Shown here: in pieces, positions 6,635 through 14,942 of the stretch | Layout of the letters: each line of letters opens with the position of its first letter | Position numbering within the stretch: the stretch's first letter is position 1 | From: an uncultured Candidatus Saccharibacteria bacterium | Lineage (GTDB): Bacteria > Patescibacteriota > Minisyncoccia > Minisyncoccales > CAZPAG01 | Assembly (NCBI GenBank): GCA_964584545.1 | Contig: CAZPAG010000007.1 | Span: 6,127-45,410 of the forward strand | DNA: 39,284 nucleotides | Reading direction: 5' to 3' | Position numbers and translations under genes: made by a program | Notes under the pieces: model-generated | The model's input: the letters and a program-made list of their open reading frames with translations, nothing else | Told to the model about the DNA's origin: nothing | Databases searched by the model: none

Positions 6635-7021
6635 ATGAATTTCATATACAATTTGGTAATAAATAGAACTTTCGACGGTTATCAGTCAGAAATTCAGACA
6701 ATTTATGGACAACTTGAAAAAATTCTTGGAGTTAAAATCGAGCCCGCTCCCGATGAATGGGACAGAGGATATAATGTCGACTATTTCATTAAAATTCACG
6801 AGAAATATATCGGACTTCAAATAAAACCGGCAGGATTTGAATATATTACGCAAATAATCAATGAGAGAGAACAGCAGAAAAAGACGCACGAAAAATTTAC
6901 TACAAAATATGGCGGCAAAGTATTTTATATTATTTCAATAACCGAAGGTAAAAATAAGATTATTCATAATCCCGAAGTTATTGATGAAATTAAAAATGAG
7001 ATAAATAGATTGAGAAAATAA
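6635..7021 (+). CDS. Small PD-(D/E)xK-like nuclease domain protein (possible restriction endonuclease remnant)
   Basis: GYNVDYFIKIHEKYIGLQIKP fits a D...(E/Q)xK nuclease core. The frame is open for 40 codons upstream, back to the TAA at 6512. Confidence 0.4.
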   Translation: MNFIYNLVINRTFDGYQSEIQTIYGQLEKILGVKIEPAPDEWDRGYNVDYFIKIHEKYIGLQIKPAGFEYITQIINEREQQKKTHEKFTTKYGGKVFYIISITEGKNKIIHNPEVIDEIKNEINRLRK

Positions 7022-7057
7022 TTTATGGATAATTTTTGTATTTTTTCTTAAGGGGAT

Positions 7058-7076
7058 GTTGAGGATAGACCTCAAC
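7058..7076. repeat. Palindromic element GTTGAGG-N5-CCTCAAC (right island boundary)
   Basis: gttgaggatagacctcaac: 18/19 identical to 1143-1161, differing in the loop only. Confidence 0.9.
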
Positions 7077-7147
7077 AGAACGCCCTGCATTGGTTTGAGG
7101 GAGATGATATTAAAGAGTACGGGCCAGTTTTGATTAGTAACAAGGAG

Positions 7148-7168
7148 TCGCCAAAAGGGCGATTTTTT
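7148..7168 (+). terminator. Rho-independent terminator of the ATCGCC...GGCGAT family
   Basis: tcgcc-aaaag-ggcga followed by T6. Confidence 0.6.
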
Positions 7169-7176
7169 GATAGTAT
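7168..7176 (+). promoter_or_regulatory. Extended -10 promoter element TGATAGTAT
   Basis: Directly abuts the terminator T-run. Lies 31 nt upstream of the 7207 ATG. Confidence 0.45.
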
Positions 7177-7206
7177 GATAAAGCGGTAATATATTAACTA
7201 ATTTCT

Positions 7207-7737
7207 ATGAAAAAAATAATTATAACAGGCGCTGTTCTAATATTAATAATATCCGGAGTCGTAGTCTGCTTGGGGTACAACCTGAAAAAGGAAAATAAAC
7301 CCGTTGTGGTTGAAGAAACCTTGCCGATTCTTGGAAATAAAGCGCTGGACGGAGCGGTTACTAATTTCCTTTTGTCAAAACAGGATTTCAGCTGGAAAAC
7401 AGAAGAGGGGAGCACTAATTTCTGCGTTTTCCAGAACCTATATCCCGAAAAGGATCTTTTTCCGATATATATCTGGATAAGGTGCGGTGAGTTTAAAATG
7501 GTTGAAGGAGAGCTTAAAGAGTTAAGCGGTATGGCTTCTCCTATTAAGATTGATTACCCGAATGAATTATCTTATTACGATATTGAGAAGTTTTCTTATG
7601 AAAAGCCCGGGGATGGTTCTCTTTATGACAAAGACGTAAAGAGAATATTTCCCGAAGAGACATGGCCCAGGATGAGTTTTGATCTGAGTTATCTTAATAA
7701 TAAGATATTAGAGGCGGCTATCCAGGCCTTGAAATGA
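7207..7737 (+). CDS. Membrane-anchored hypothetical protein
   Basis: 176-aa ORF with an N-terminal TM/signal-anchor (IIITGAVLILIISGVVVCLG). No family recognised. Confidence 0.6.
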   Translation: MKKIIITGAVLILIISGVVVCLGYNLKKENKPVVVEETLPILGNKALDGAVTNFLLSKQDFSWKTEEGSTNFCVFQNLYPEKDLFPIYIWIRCGEFKMVEGELKELSGMASPIKIDYPNELSYYDIEKFSYEKPGDGSLYDKDVKRIFPEETWPRMSFDLSYLNNKILEAAIQALK

Positions 7738-7787
7738 ACTGTGTACAAGTTTTAAAAGAGTAGTATATTATAAATATACATAAACTT

Positions 7788-8270
7788 ATGAGCAAACTAA
7801 TTCCAATATTAATCGTAGTAGCCATAGTGGTGGGAGGAGTCTATCTTTACCAGAGCTATAATAAAAACAAGGCTCCAGTAGAAAATAATAACGAGCAGGC
7901 TACAACTACAGAAGAAGTAGCTAATAACAATAACTTCGAAATACAAGGCATGAAAGTAGAAATTTTAAAAGAAGGGACGGGGGAGGCAGCTAAATCAGGA
8001 GATACTGTCACCGTAAACTATGTAGGCACTTTTGAGGACGGAAATAAATTTGATTCAAGCATAGACAGGGGAGTTCCTTTTGCCTTTACTCTGGGAGCAG
8101 GAACAATTATTAAAGGATGGGATTTAGGGGTTGCAGGAATGAAAGCAGGAGAAAAGAGAAAGTTGACCATTCCTTCTAATTTAGCTTATGGAGAAGCGGG
8201 AGCAGCGGACGGCCTTATTCCGCCAAATGCCACTTTGGTATTTGAGATAGACTTATTAAGTATAAAGTAA
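7788..8270 (+). CDS. FKBP-type peptidyl-prolyl cis-trans isomerase, membrane-anchored
   Basis: GDTVTVNYVGTFEDGNKFDSS...FTLGAGTIIKGWD...GEKRKLTIPSNLAYG...LVFEIDLL is a canonical FKBP domain. There is an N-terminal TM helix. Confidence 0.9.
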   Translation: MSKLIPILIVVAIVVGGVYLYQSYNKNKAPVENNNEQATTTEEVANNNNFEIQGMKVEILKEGTGEAAKSGDTVTVNYVGTFEDGNKFDSSIDRGVPFAFTLGAGTIIKGWDLGVAGMKAGEKRKLTIPSNLAYGEAGAADGLIPPNATLVFEIDLLSIK

Positions 8271-8274
8271 AAAT

Positions 8275-8832
8275 ATGTCAAAAACCCAGGAAAATTTATT
8301 AAAAGCCATTGCCGGAGAATCAATGGCAAGAAATAAATATACTTACTATGCGGAAATTGCCGCAAAAGAAGGTTATATCTGGGTAGCCAAGGTTTTCGAA
8401 GAGACGGCAGACAATGAAAAGGTTCACGCCAAAGAGGAATTAGAAAGAATAAAAGGAAAAGCGGAAATGACAAATACTTATGATATCCATTCTTTGGGGA
8501 ATACTTTGGAAAATCTGAAAAATGCCGCTGCCGGAGAGAAATATGAATGGGGGACTATGTACCCTGAATTTGAAAAAGTGGCCAGAGAAGAGGGAAACGA
8601 GGACGCAGCTACTTTGTTCAAGGAGATAGGTGAGGTTGAAGAAAAGCACGAGGAAAGATTCAATATTCTGGCCGAACGCCTTGAAAAAGGAAAGATGTTT
8701 TCCAGCGAAACGGAAATAGAGTGGAAATGTTTGAACTGCGGCTATATACATAAAGGTAAATCGGCTCCTGACAGGTGTCCGGCCTGCCATAAACCCCAAG
8801 GATATTATATGGCTTTGGAGGTGGTTAGGTGA
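8275..8832 (+). CDS. rbr: Rubrerythrin
   Basis: N-terminal ferritin-like diiron domain (ExxH-containing helices) plus a C-terminal rubredoxin-type CLNCG...CPACH motif. Confidence 0.9.
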   Translation: MSKTQENLLKAIAGESMARNKYTYYAEIAAKEGYIWVAKVFEETADNEKVHAKEELERIKGKAEMTNTYDIHSLGNTLENLKNAAAGEKYEWGTMYPEFEKVAREEGNEDAATLFKEIGEVEEKHEERFNILAERLEKGKMFSSETEIEWKCLNCGYIHKGKSAPDRCPACHKPQGYYMALEVVR

Positions 8833-8868
8833 TTTGACACAAGAGGTTTTAACTCTTAGATTAAATCT

Positions 8869-10266
8869 ATGCGAAAGAAAGGTAAAAAAAGAGCTAAAAA
8901 GCCGGTAAAGAAACCGGTTAAAAAAACTCAGAAAGTTATTCTTGAGCCGGATAAAAAGAACGAACAGGTCAAGAAGACAAAGATAAGGGTTGTTGCTATT
9001 GGAGGCGGCGGAGGAAATATCGTTTCAGAGCTTTCTCAAATGGTTAAGAAAGCGACTTTTTTTGCCGCCAATACCGATCTGAAAGGGCTGAGGGAAGTTT
9101 CAAGAAGAGTAGAAAGGTTTTCTTTCGGCCAGAGCTTGACTCACGGTTTAGGAACCGGTATGAATCCTGATATCGGAGAAACGGCAGCTTTAAACGAGAA
9201 AGAAAGAATTAAGAAATTATTGCAAGGCCAGGATTTGGTAATACTGGTAGGATGCTTGGGCGGAGGAACGGCTTCCGGTGCTGCTCATGTTTTTGCCAAG
9301 ATATCAAGGAGTTTAGGAAATCTCACTTACGGAATATTCACCCTGCCTTTTAAGTTCGAAGGAGATAAAAAAATGGAGATTGCCAAAAACGCCCTTGAAA
9401 AGATAAAGACCAGGGTTAACGCTTTGAGTATTATTCCTAACGAAAGAATATTCCAGGTTATTAATAAAGCCACTCCTTTGAGACAGGCTTTGTCAGCCAT
9501 AAACAAGAATCTGGCTGAAAGTCTTGAAGGGTTAATAGAGATAATTTACGAGCCAGGTTTAATTAATATTGACTTTGCCGATTTAAGGGCGGTTTTGGAA
9601 GGGCAGGGAAGACTGGCTTATTTAAATACCGTTGAAGTCCAGAGAAAAGAGGGTTCGGCTGAAACATCCATTGAAAAGGTTTTAAATTCGCCTTTGTATC
9701 CTTATAAAATAAAAGGGGCAAAGGCTGTTTTATTTGATATCGGCGGGGAAAAGGGATTGTCTCTGGAAGAGGTGAACAAGATTTCAAAGACTATTTCCGA
9801 AGAGGCAAACAGGGAAGCTAAAATTATATTCGGCATTTCCCAGGGCAAGAAGTATTCAGACAAGATAAGGACGACTTTATTGGCTACGGGTTGCGGAGCT
9901 AAAGTATTCTCTTCCGGAAAGAAAAGGAAAACTAGAAAAAAGAAAGAAGCTCCGAAAGCTGAGAAAAAAAGTCCCGTAAAAAGGAGAAAGAAAACAAAGA
10001 AACCCCGTAAGGTTTCCAGAAAGAGAAAAATTAAGATAGAGATTAATAAAAAGCCCAAAGAAGAAATAAAAGCAGAACCTGTTGAACCTAAAAAAGAAGC
10101 GGCTTTGGCCTCTTTCGTATCTAATAAAACGGATTTTCTGGGCAACAAAATAAGGAAAAACGCTCTTCAGGTAAAAAAAGAGGTTGAGGAAGAAGAGGCT
10201 AAAATGATAGAAGAAGAAAAGGTTTGGGAGACTCCGGCTTTTCTACGCCAGAAAAAGATATCCTAA
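8869..10266 (+). CDS. ftsZ: Cell division protein FtsZ with Lys-rich N-terminal extension and Lys-rich C-terminal linker
   Basis: VVAIGGGGGNIV, GLGTGMNP, GGGTASGA (variant of GGGTGTG), NIDFADL (T7 loop), and a C-terminal ETPAFLRQK peptide. Confidence 0.9.
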   Translation: MRKKGKKRAKKPVKKPVKKTQKVILEPDKKNEQVKKTKIRVVAIGGGGGNIVSELSQMVKKATFFAANTDLKGLREVSRRVERFSFGQSLTHGLGTGMNPDIGETAALNEKERIKKLLQGQDLVILVGCLGGGTASGAAHVFAKISRSLGNLTYGIFTLPFKFEGDKKMEIAKNALEKIKTRVNALSIIPNERIFQVINKATPLRQALSAINKNLAESLEGLIEIIYEPGLINIDFADLRAVLEGQGRLAYLNTVEVQRKEGSAETSIEKVLNSPLYPYKIKGAKAVLFDIGGEKGLSLEEVNKISKTISEEANREAKIIFGISQGKKYSDKIRTTLLATGCGAKVFSSGKKRKTRKKKEAPKAEKKSPVKRRKKTKKPRKVSRKRKIKIEINKKPKEEIKAEPVEPKKEAALASFVSNKTDFLGNKIRKNALQVKKEVEEEEAKMIEEEKVWETPAFLRQKKIS

Positions 10267-10958
10267 GGTTTAATAGTCGTCCCTTTGAATTTTTTGCCAG
10301 ACAAGGCTTTCTCAAAGTTTTTAATCTCCGTGCCTTTGACCATAAAGACACGGATTTTTAGTTTCTCGGCCAGTTTTGCTCCGACCGGGTCAAAGGGAGT
10401 GGACAAGCCCGGTATCCATTTTGAACTTATGAGTTTTCTGTAATTTTTCCAGGTGATTTCTTTAAAAATACTGGCCTTTTTGAATTTAGCCGGGTCTTTG
10501 TCGTAGACGAATGAAACATTCCCCGCGTTGATAATTTCTTTTATCTTGAATTTTTCAGCGTAAAGAGTGGAAACGTAATCTGTTGACCAGCCCGGTCTGG
10601 AACCGGAAGCTATTAAAAGTTTCCAGTTTTTCTTAATGGGTTTGGCGGGATCTTTCAAGACAACGGGGTAGGCAGTTTCTCTGAAAATAGTCCTGAGTAG
10701 GTGGGCGTTTAACCTGGTGGAGTGTATCCCCAGCCAGTCCTTGTCTTCGTTGGATAATTTTGCCACTTTTGAAGCTGCTGACTGATATAATCTGCAGATC
10801 TTTCCGCCGCCCGAAACAATGACGAACTTATATCCTTTGCCGAGAAATTTTAAAATCATCTTCCTGAATTTTTTCAGAAAGACGGTATTAATTTCTCCGG
10901 CTTTGGGACAGATTATGGACCCGCCCAGGCTGATGACGATTGTTTTTTGGGAATTCAT
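10263..10958 (-). CDS. pyrH: Amino-acid-kinase family protein, archaeal-type UMP kinase-like
   Basis: VISLGGS..., VIVSGGG, SRPGWSTDYVSTLYAE resemble archaeal-type PyrH. 231 aa. Confidence 0.6.
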   Translation of the reverse strand: MNSQKTIVISLGGSIICPKAGEINTVFLKKFRKMILKFLGKGYKFVIVSGGGKICRLYQSAASKVAKLSNEDKDWLGIHSTRLNAHLLRTIFRETAYPVVLKDPAKPIKKNWKLLIASGSRPGWSTDYVSTLYAEKFKIKEIINAGNVSFVYDKDPAKFKKASIFKEITWKNYRKLISSKWIPGLSTPFDPVGAKLAEKLKIRVFMVKGTEIKNFEKALSGKKFKGTTIKP

Positions 10959-11103
10959 ACAATTTTTTAGATTTTAGCACCAATCAGGCCTTATTACAAC
11001 TTAATTTTTACTCTTTTTCCGTTTTTATGCTAAAATAAGCTAATGAAATCAGCTTGTTTCTGGCAAAATAAGCTAATAATAATCATAACTAACAACTAAA
11101 AAT

Positions 11104-11970
11104 ATGAACGAAACAAACAAAAATATTTTAAAAAATATCTACAAAGAGAGGCCTCAGAGCTCCAAGAAGTATGATTTCGGCTTGGTATTGGTTATCGGAG
11201 GGTCCGAGTTTTATTCTGGCTCGCCGGCCTTATCCGCCATGGCCGCTTTCAAATCAGGGGCTGACATGGTTAAAGTCATTGCCCCAAAGAGAGCGGCAGA
11301 TATCATTGCTTCTTTTTCTCCTGATATGGCAGCTTATCCTTTAGAAGGAGACTGGTTATGCAAGGAACACTTGGCAACCTTGCTTTCAATGGAAGAAGCC
11401 TCAAAAGCGGTTTCCGGAGGTAAAACAGCTGTGGTTATCGGAGGAGGGTCCGGCAGGACGGCTGAAACCCAGGAAACTATTCTGGAATTTTTAGAAGAGG
11501 TTTCGGTTCCTGTGGTAATAGACGCCGATGCCATTCATGCTGTGGCTAAAAAGCCGGAAGTGGTTTCTGGCAAGAATTTTTTGATAACTCCCCATACTTA
11601 TGAGTTTTTCGTATTGACCGGGAAAGAGGTTTATGAGTTGTCAGACGAAGAAAAGATAAAATTGGTCAGGGAAGAAGCGGCTCGTCTGAAAACAACCATA
11701 TTATTGAAAGGTAAAATTGACATAATATCTGACGGCAAGGACGTGGCAATAGACAGAGTCGGCACTCCGTACATGACAAAAGGAGGAACGGGAGACACTT
11801 TGGCCGGTATCTGCGGTGCTTTAATGGCTCGCGGTATTAGTCCTTTTGAAGCTGCTCAGGCCGGAGCCTATATCAACGGAAGAGCAGGAGAAATAGTAAG
11901 CCAAAGGCTGAAAGACGGCCTTTCGGCTACGGATTTAATAGAAGCCATACCCGAGGTTATCAGACAGTAA
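11104..11970 (+). CDS. nnrD: ADP/ATP-dependent NAD(P)H-hydrate dehydratase (YjeF C-terminal domain)
   Basis: KYDFGLVLVIGGS..., VIDADA..., KGGTGDTLAGICGALMARG are hallmark carbohydrate-kinase-fold YjeF_C motifs. Confidence 0.85.
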   Translation: MNETNKNILKNIYKERPQSSKKYDFGLVLVIGGSEFYSGSPALSAMAAFKSGADMVKVIAPKRAADIIASFSPDMAAYPLEGDWLCKEHLATLLSMEEASKAVSGGKTAVVIGGGSGRTAETQETILEFLEEVSVPVVIDADAIHAVAKKPEVVSGKNFLITPHTYEFFVLTGKEVYELSDEEKIKLVREEAARLKTTILLKGKIDIISDGKDVAIDRVGTPYMTKGGTGDTLAGICGALMARGISPFEAAQAGAYINGRAGEIVSQRLKDGLSATDLIEAIPEVIRQ

Positions 11971-12103
11971 ATATGCATCCCGCGCGATTAATGCATTGTA
12001 TGCGCGGGAACCCTGTCTATTTGATTTTATTTCATAAAATTATGAAAGAGTACGATATTATCATTATGCATCCCATCTTCAATGGGAGCCCTGTTAATGA
12101 TAT

Positions 12104-13033
12104 ATGAGTAATATATACGACCTTATCATTATCGGCGGTGGTCCGGCTGGGGTTTCGGCTGGTATTTATGCTGCCAGGAAGAATATTAATACCCTTTTGA
12201 TTACCAAGAATTTTGGAGGCCAGATAGCAAAGAAAGCGGTAATGATTGAAAATTATCTGGGATTTGAATCTGTCTCCGGATTGGATCTGATTCAGAAGTT
12301 TGAAAACCATCTGAGAAAGCAGAAAATTGATATTGAATTGGATGAAGTGACAAAACTGGAAAAGTCAGGAGATAATTTTTTAATTTCCACCAAGAATAAA
12401 AATAAGTTTGAGGCAGCTTCTGTTATTGTCGCTTCCGGGGCAGACCCAAGGCCTTTGGAGGTCCCTGGAGAAAAAGAATTTATCGGAAGGGGAGTGAGTT
12501 ATTGCCCGACCTGCGACAGTCCATTTTTTTCTAATAAGACCGTGGCTGTGGTAGGAGGAGGAAACGCCGCTTTTGAAGTGGCCCTTTCTCTAAGTGATAC
12601 CGTCAAAAAGGTATATATCCTGGAATGTTCTTCTTCTGCCTTGGCTGATGAAATAAACCAGGAGGAAGTTAAGAAAATCGGCAAGGTTGAGATCATATTC
12701 AATGCCCTGGTGAAACGGATAAAAGGAGGTAAATTCGTCGAGTCCTTGGTTTATAAAGATCGGGAGACTAATAACGAAAAAGAATTGGCAGTGGATGGTG
12801 TTTTTGTTGAAATAGGTTCCCAACCGGCAACCTCTTTTTTGAGAGATTTGGTTGATTTTAACGAGAGAGACGAAATAGTAGTTGATTCGGAAACCTGCCA
12901 GACCAAGACTCCAGGCCTTTTTGCCGCCGGTGACGTAAATATCGGGATAATTAAACAAATAGTTACGGCAGCCAGCGAAGGGGCAACAGCCGCTTTGTTC
13001 GCTTACCGGCATCTCAAATCGGATAAAAAATAA
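12104..13033 (+). CDS. trxB: Thioredoxin-disulfide reductase
   Basis: YDLIIIGGGPAGVSAGIYAAR, redox centre CPTCDS (CxxC), a second dinucleotide fold VAVVGGGNAAFE, and GLFAAGDV. Confidence 0.85.
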   Translation: MSNIYDLIIIGGGPAGVSAGIYAARKNINTLLITKNFGGQIAKKAVMIENYLGFESVSGLDLIQKFENHLRKQKIDIELDEVTKLEKSGDNFLISTKNKNKFEAASVIVASGADPRPLEVPGEKEFIGRGVSYCPTCDSPFFSNKTVAVVGGGNAAFEVALSLSDTVKKVYILECSSSALADEINQEEVKKIGKVEIIFNALVKRIKGGKFVESLVYKDRETNNEKELAVDGVFVEIGSQPATSFLRDLVDFNERDEIVVDSETCQTKTPGLFAAGDVNIGIIKQIVTAASEGATAALFAYRHLKSDKK

Positions 13034-13035
13034 TT

Positions 13036-13749
13036 ATGGGTTACTCAATAACCGGCGTAGCTTACCTGATATTGACTATTACTACAGGCCTTTTGGCTTA
13101 CCGCACTTTTCAGTATTGGAGCAAAGAAAAAGACACGGTAGCTAAAATCTGGTTTTTTGCCTGTTTATCTCTTTTGGGTTTTACGTTTTTTAAAACTATT
13201 GTAGGATTATTTTTTGCCAGGGATGCTCTTTTTTTAAGATTATCAATTGATACCAGTTCTTTTTTTCAGGCCATATCTTATTCGGCGCTGATTTACTTCG
13301 TTTTTTATGTTAAATTTTCCTCCCGTATTTCTCCTTGGTGGGGTGCCATCCCTGTATTTATTTTGGGGTTAGTCTCAACGTTTACTTCCCTTAGCGCTAC
13401 TTTCAGTCCTTTCATAGAGCCGAGCGGAGCTATTAATTGGGGAGTCCCGTCTTTTTTTTCTTTATCCATAATTTTGAGGGCTATCCTATTTTTTATTACT
13501 TTTGTTCCGGCGATTATTGTTCTTTCCGAACAGTTTAGGAAATCAGAAAATGTATACGCCAGAAGAAAGGCTCTCGGATTTATGCTGGTATTTTTCTCCG
13601 CTATAATAGTCGGGCTGTTTGATTTTCTGTTTATAAATCTTTTAAAATTAGACGCCATTTGGAGAGATGTAGGCTCTGTATCCTTATGTGTTGTCGTAAT
13701 AATTGTTTTGCTTTCAACCTGGAAGAAAAACGTTCCTGAAAAAGCATGA
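13036..13749 (+). CDS. Polytopic membrane protein, hypothetical
   Basis: 237 aa with about 7 hydrophobic helices. No family recognised. Confidence 0.6.
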   Translation: MGYSITGVAYLILTITTGLLAYRTFQYWSKEKDTVAKIWFFACLSLLGFTFFKTIVGLFFARDALFLRLSIDTSSFFQAISYSALIYFVFYVKFSSRISPWWGAIPVFILGLVSTFTSLSATFSPFIEPSGAINWGVPSFFSLSIILRAILFFITFVPAIIVLSEQFRKSENVYARRKALGFMLVFFSAIIVGLFDFLFINLLKLDAIWRDVGSVSLCVVVIIVLLSTWKKNVPEKA

Positions 13750-14942
13750 AAAAATCAAAAATTAATTTAAAAGCGAGAGAAATTTTAGATTCAAACGGAA
13801 AACCGACCGTGGAAATTTCCTTGTCTGCTGACTTCGGTGTTTTTTCCGCTTCCGTTCCTTCGGGAGAATCCGCAGGCAAATACGAAGCCGTAGAACTCAG
13901 AGACAAAGACGGAAGGGGAGTCTCGGCAGTTATTGAGAATATAGAAAAGATTATAGCTCCTGCCCTAAAAGAAGAAGATGTTTCAAACCAGGGAAGGATT
14001 GATGAAGTCTTGCTGGGCTTGGACGGAACAAAAAATAAATCGCACTTGGGAGCAAACGCGATTTTGCCTGTTTCAATGGTTTTCTGCCGGGCCGGAGCCG
14101 CTTTAAGAGGAATGCCTCTTTATCGGTATATTTCGGAAATAGCCGGCGAAAAATATTCTCTGCCCGGGCCTTCTTTCAACATGATAGAAGGAGGCAAACA
14201 TTCTGAAAGCGGTTTGGCCTTTCAGGAATTTATGGTCATACCTCAGAAAATATCTTTCAAAGAAAATTTGGAAACGGGAATTAGAATTTACGGGAGATTA
14301 AGGAAAATCCTGGAAAATAAATATGGGAAGGGAAATATTTCCTTGAGCAGCGAAGGGGCTTTTTCAGGGCCGGCTGACATATACGAAACACTTGATTTTA
14401 TCTTGGAAGCGGGCGAAGGAGAAGATTTTAAAGTAGCGATAGATTCTGCTTCGTCAAGTTTCTATAACAGCGGTTTTTACAGAGTAGGAGGAAAAAATCT
14501 TTCTAAAGAAAAGCTGGCGGATATTTATCGGGATATTGTCTCCCGTTATCCCATAGCTTCCATTGAAGACCCGTTTTACGAAGAAGATTTGGAGGGCGCG
14601 GGAGGATTGGACAATGTTACGATTTTTGGGGACGATACCACCGTTTCTAACGTTGAAAGGATGAAATTGGCCAAACAAAAAAACTTTTGCAGCGGTTTGA
14701 TTTTGAAACCGAATCAGATAGGCACGGTTTCCGAGGCCCTAAAAGCGGGAAAACTTGCGAAATCGTTCGGGTGGAAAATTATGGTGTCTAACAGGGCAGG
14801 GGAAACAGAAGATGATTTTATAGCTGACCTATCTGTTGGAATCGGAGCTGATTTTATTAAGTCCGGGGCTCCCTATCCCAAAGAAAGAATGGTAAAATAC
14901 AATCGGCTAAAGAAAATAGAAAAAGAGATATGTCGAAATTAA
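13746..14942 (+). CDS. eno: Enolase (short, divergent)
   Basis: AREILDSNGKPTVE...SVPSGESAGKYEAVELRD at the N-terminus, plus a C-terminal LKPNQIGT...SNRAGETED block. Confidence 0.9.
   Translation: MKKSKINLKAREILDSNGKPTVEISLSADFGVFSASVPSGESAGKYEAVELRDKDGRGVSAVIENIEKIIAPALKEEDVSNQGRIDEVLLGLDGTKNKSHLGANAILPVSMVFCRAGAALRGMPLYRYISEIAGEKYSLPGPSFNMIEGGKHSESGLAFQEFMVIPQKISFKENLETGIRIYGRLRKILENKYGKGNISLSSEGAFSGPADIYETLDFILEAGEGEDFKVAIDSASSSFYNSGFYRVGGKNLSKEKLADIYRDIVSRYPIASIEDPFYEEDLEGAGGLDNVTIFGDDTTVSNVERMKLAKQKNFCSGLILKPNQIGTVSEALKAGKLAKSFGWKIMVSNRAGETEDDFIADLSVGIGADFIKSGAPYPKERMVKYNRLKKIEKEICRN

Larger units (their letters stand above)
1143..7076. mobile_element. Putative genomic island adjacent to tRNA-Gln, bounded by 19-nt palindromes
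   Basis: It starts 50 nt after the tRNA-Gln 3' end. It is bracketed by GTTGAGGATCGACCTCAAC (1143-1161) and GTTGAGGATAGACCTCAAC (7058-7076). Base composition is mosaic, with GC-rich and very AT-rich blocks. The cargo is defence-like and partly decayed. No recombinase gene is seen. Confidence 0.5.

Noticed and set aside
1086-7147. Classical tRNA-derived att direct repeat marking island integration
   Set aside because: I looked for a copy of the tRNA-Gln 3' end (cgaatcgaagacccgga) near the right boundary and found none. Only the 19-nt palindromes are shared between the two ends.
9702-10148. 148-aa minus-strand ORF and similar long antisense ORFs (12590..13012, 19020..19724, 24082..24450, 28692..29069, 29435..29815)
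   Set aside because: All lie antisense to genes with strong family signatures (ftsZ, trxB, abiEii, the fibre gene, ppsA). Their low-complexity translations mirror the sense-strand codon bias.
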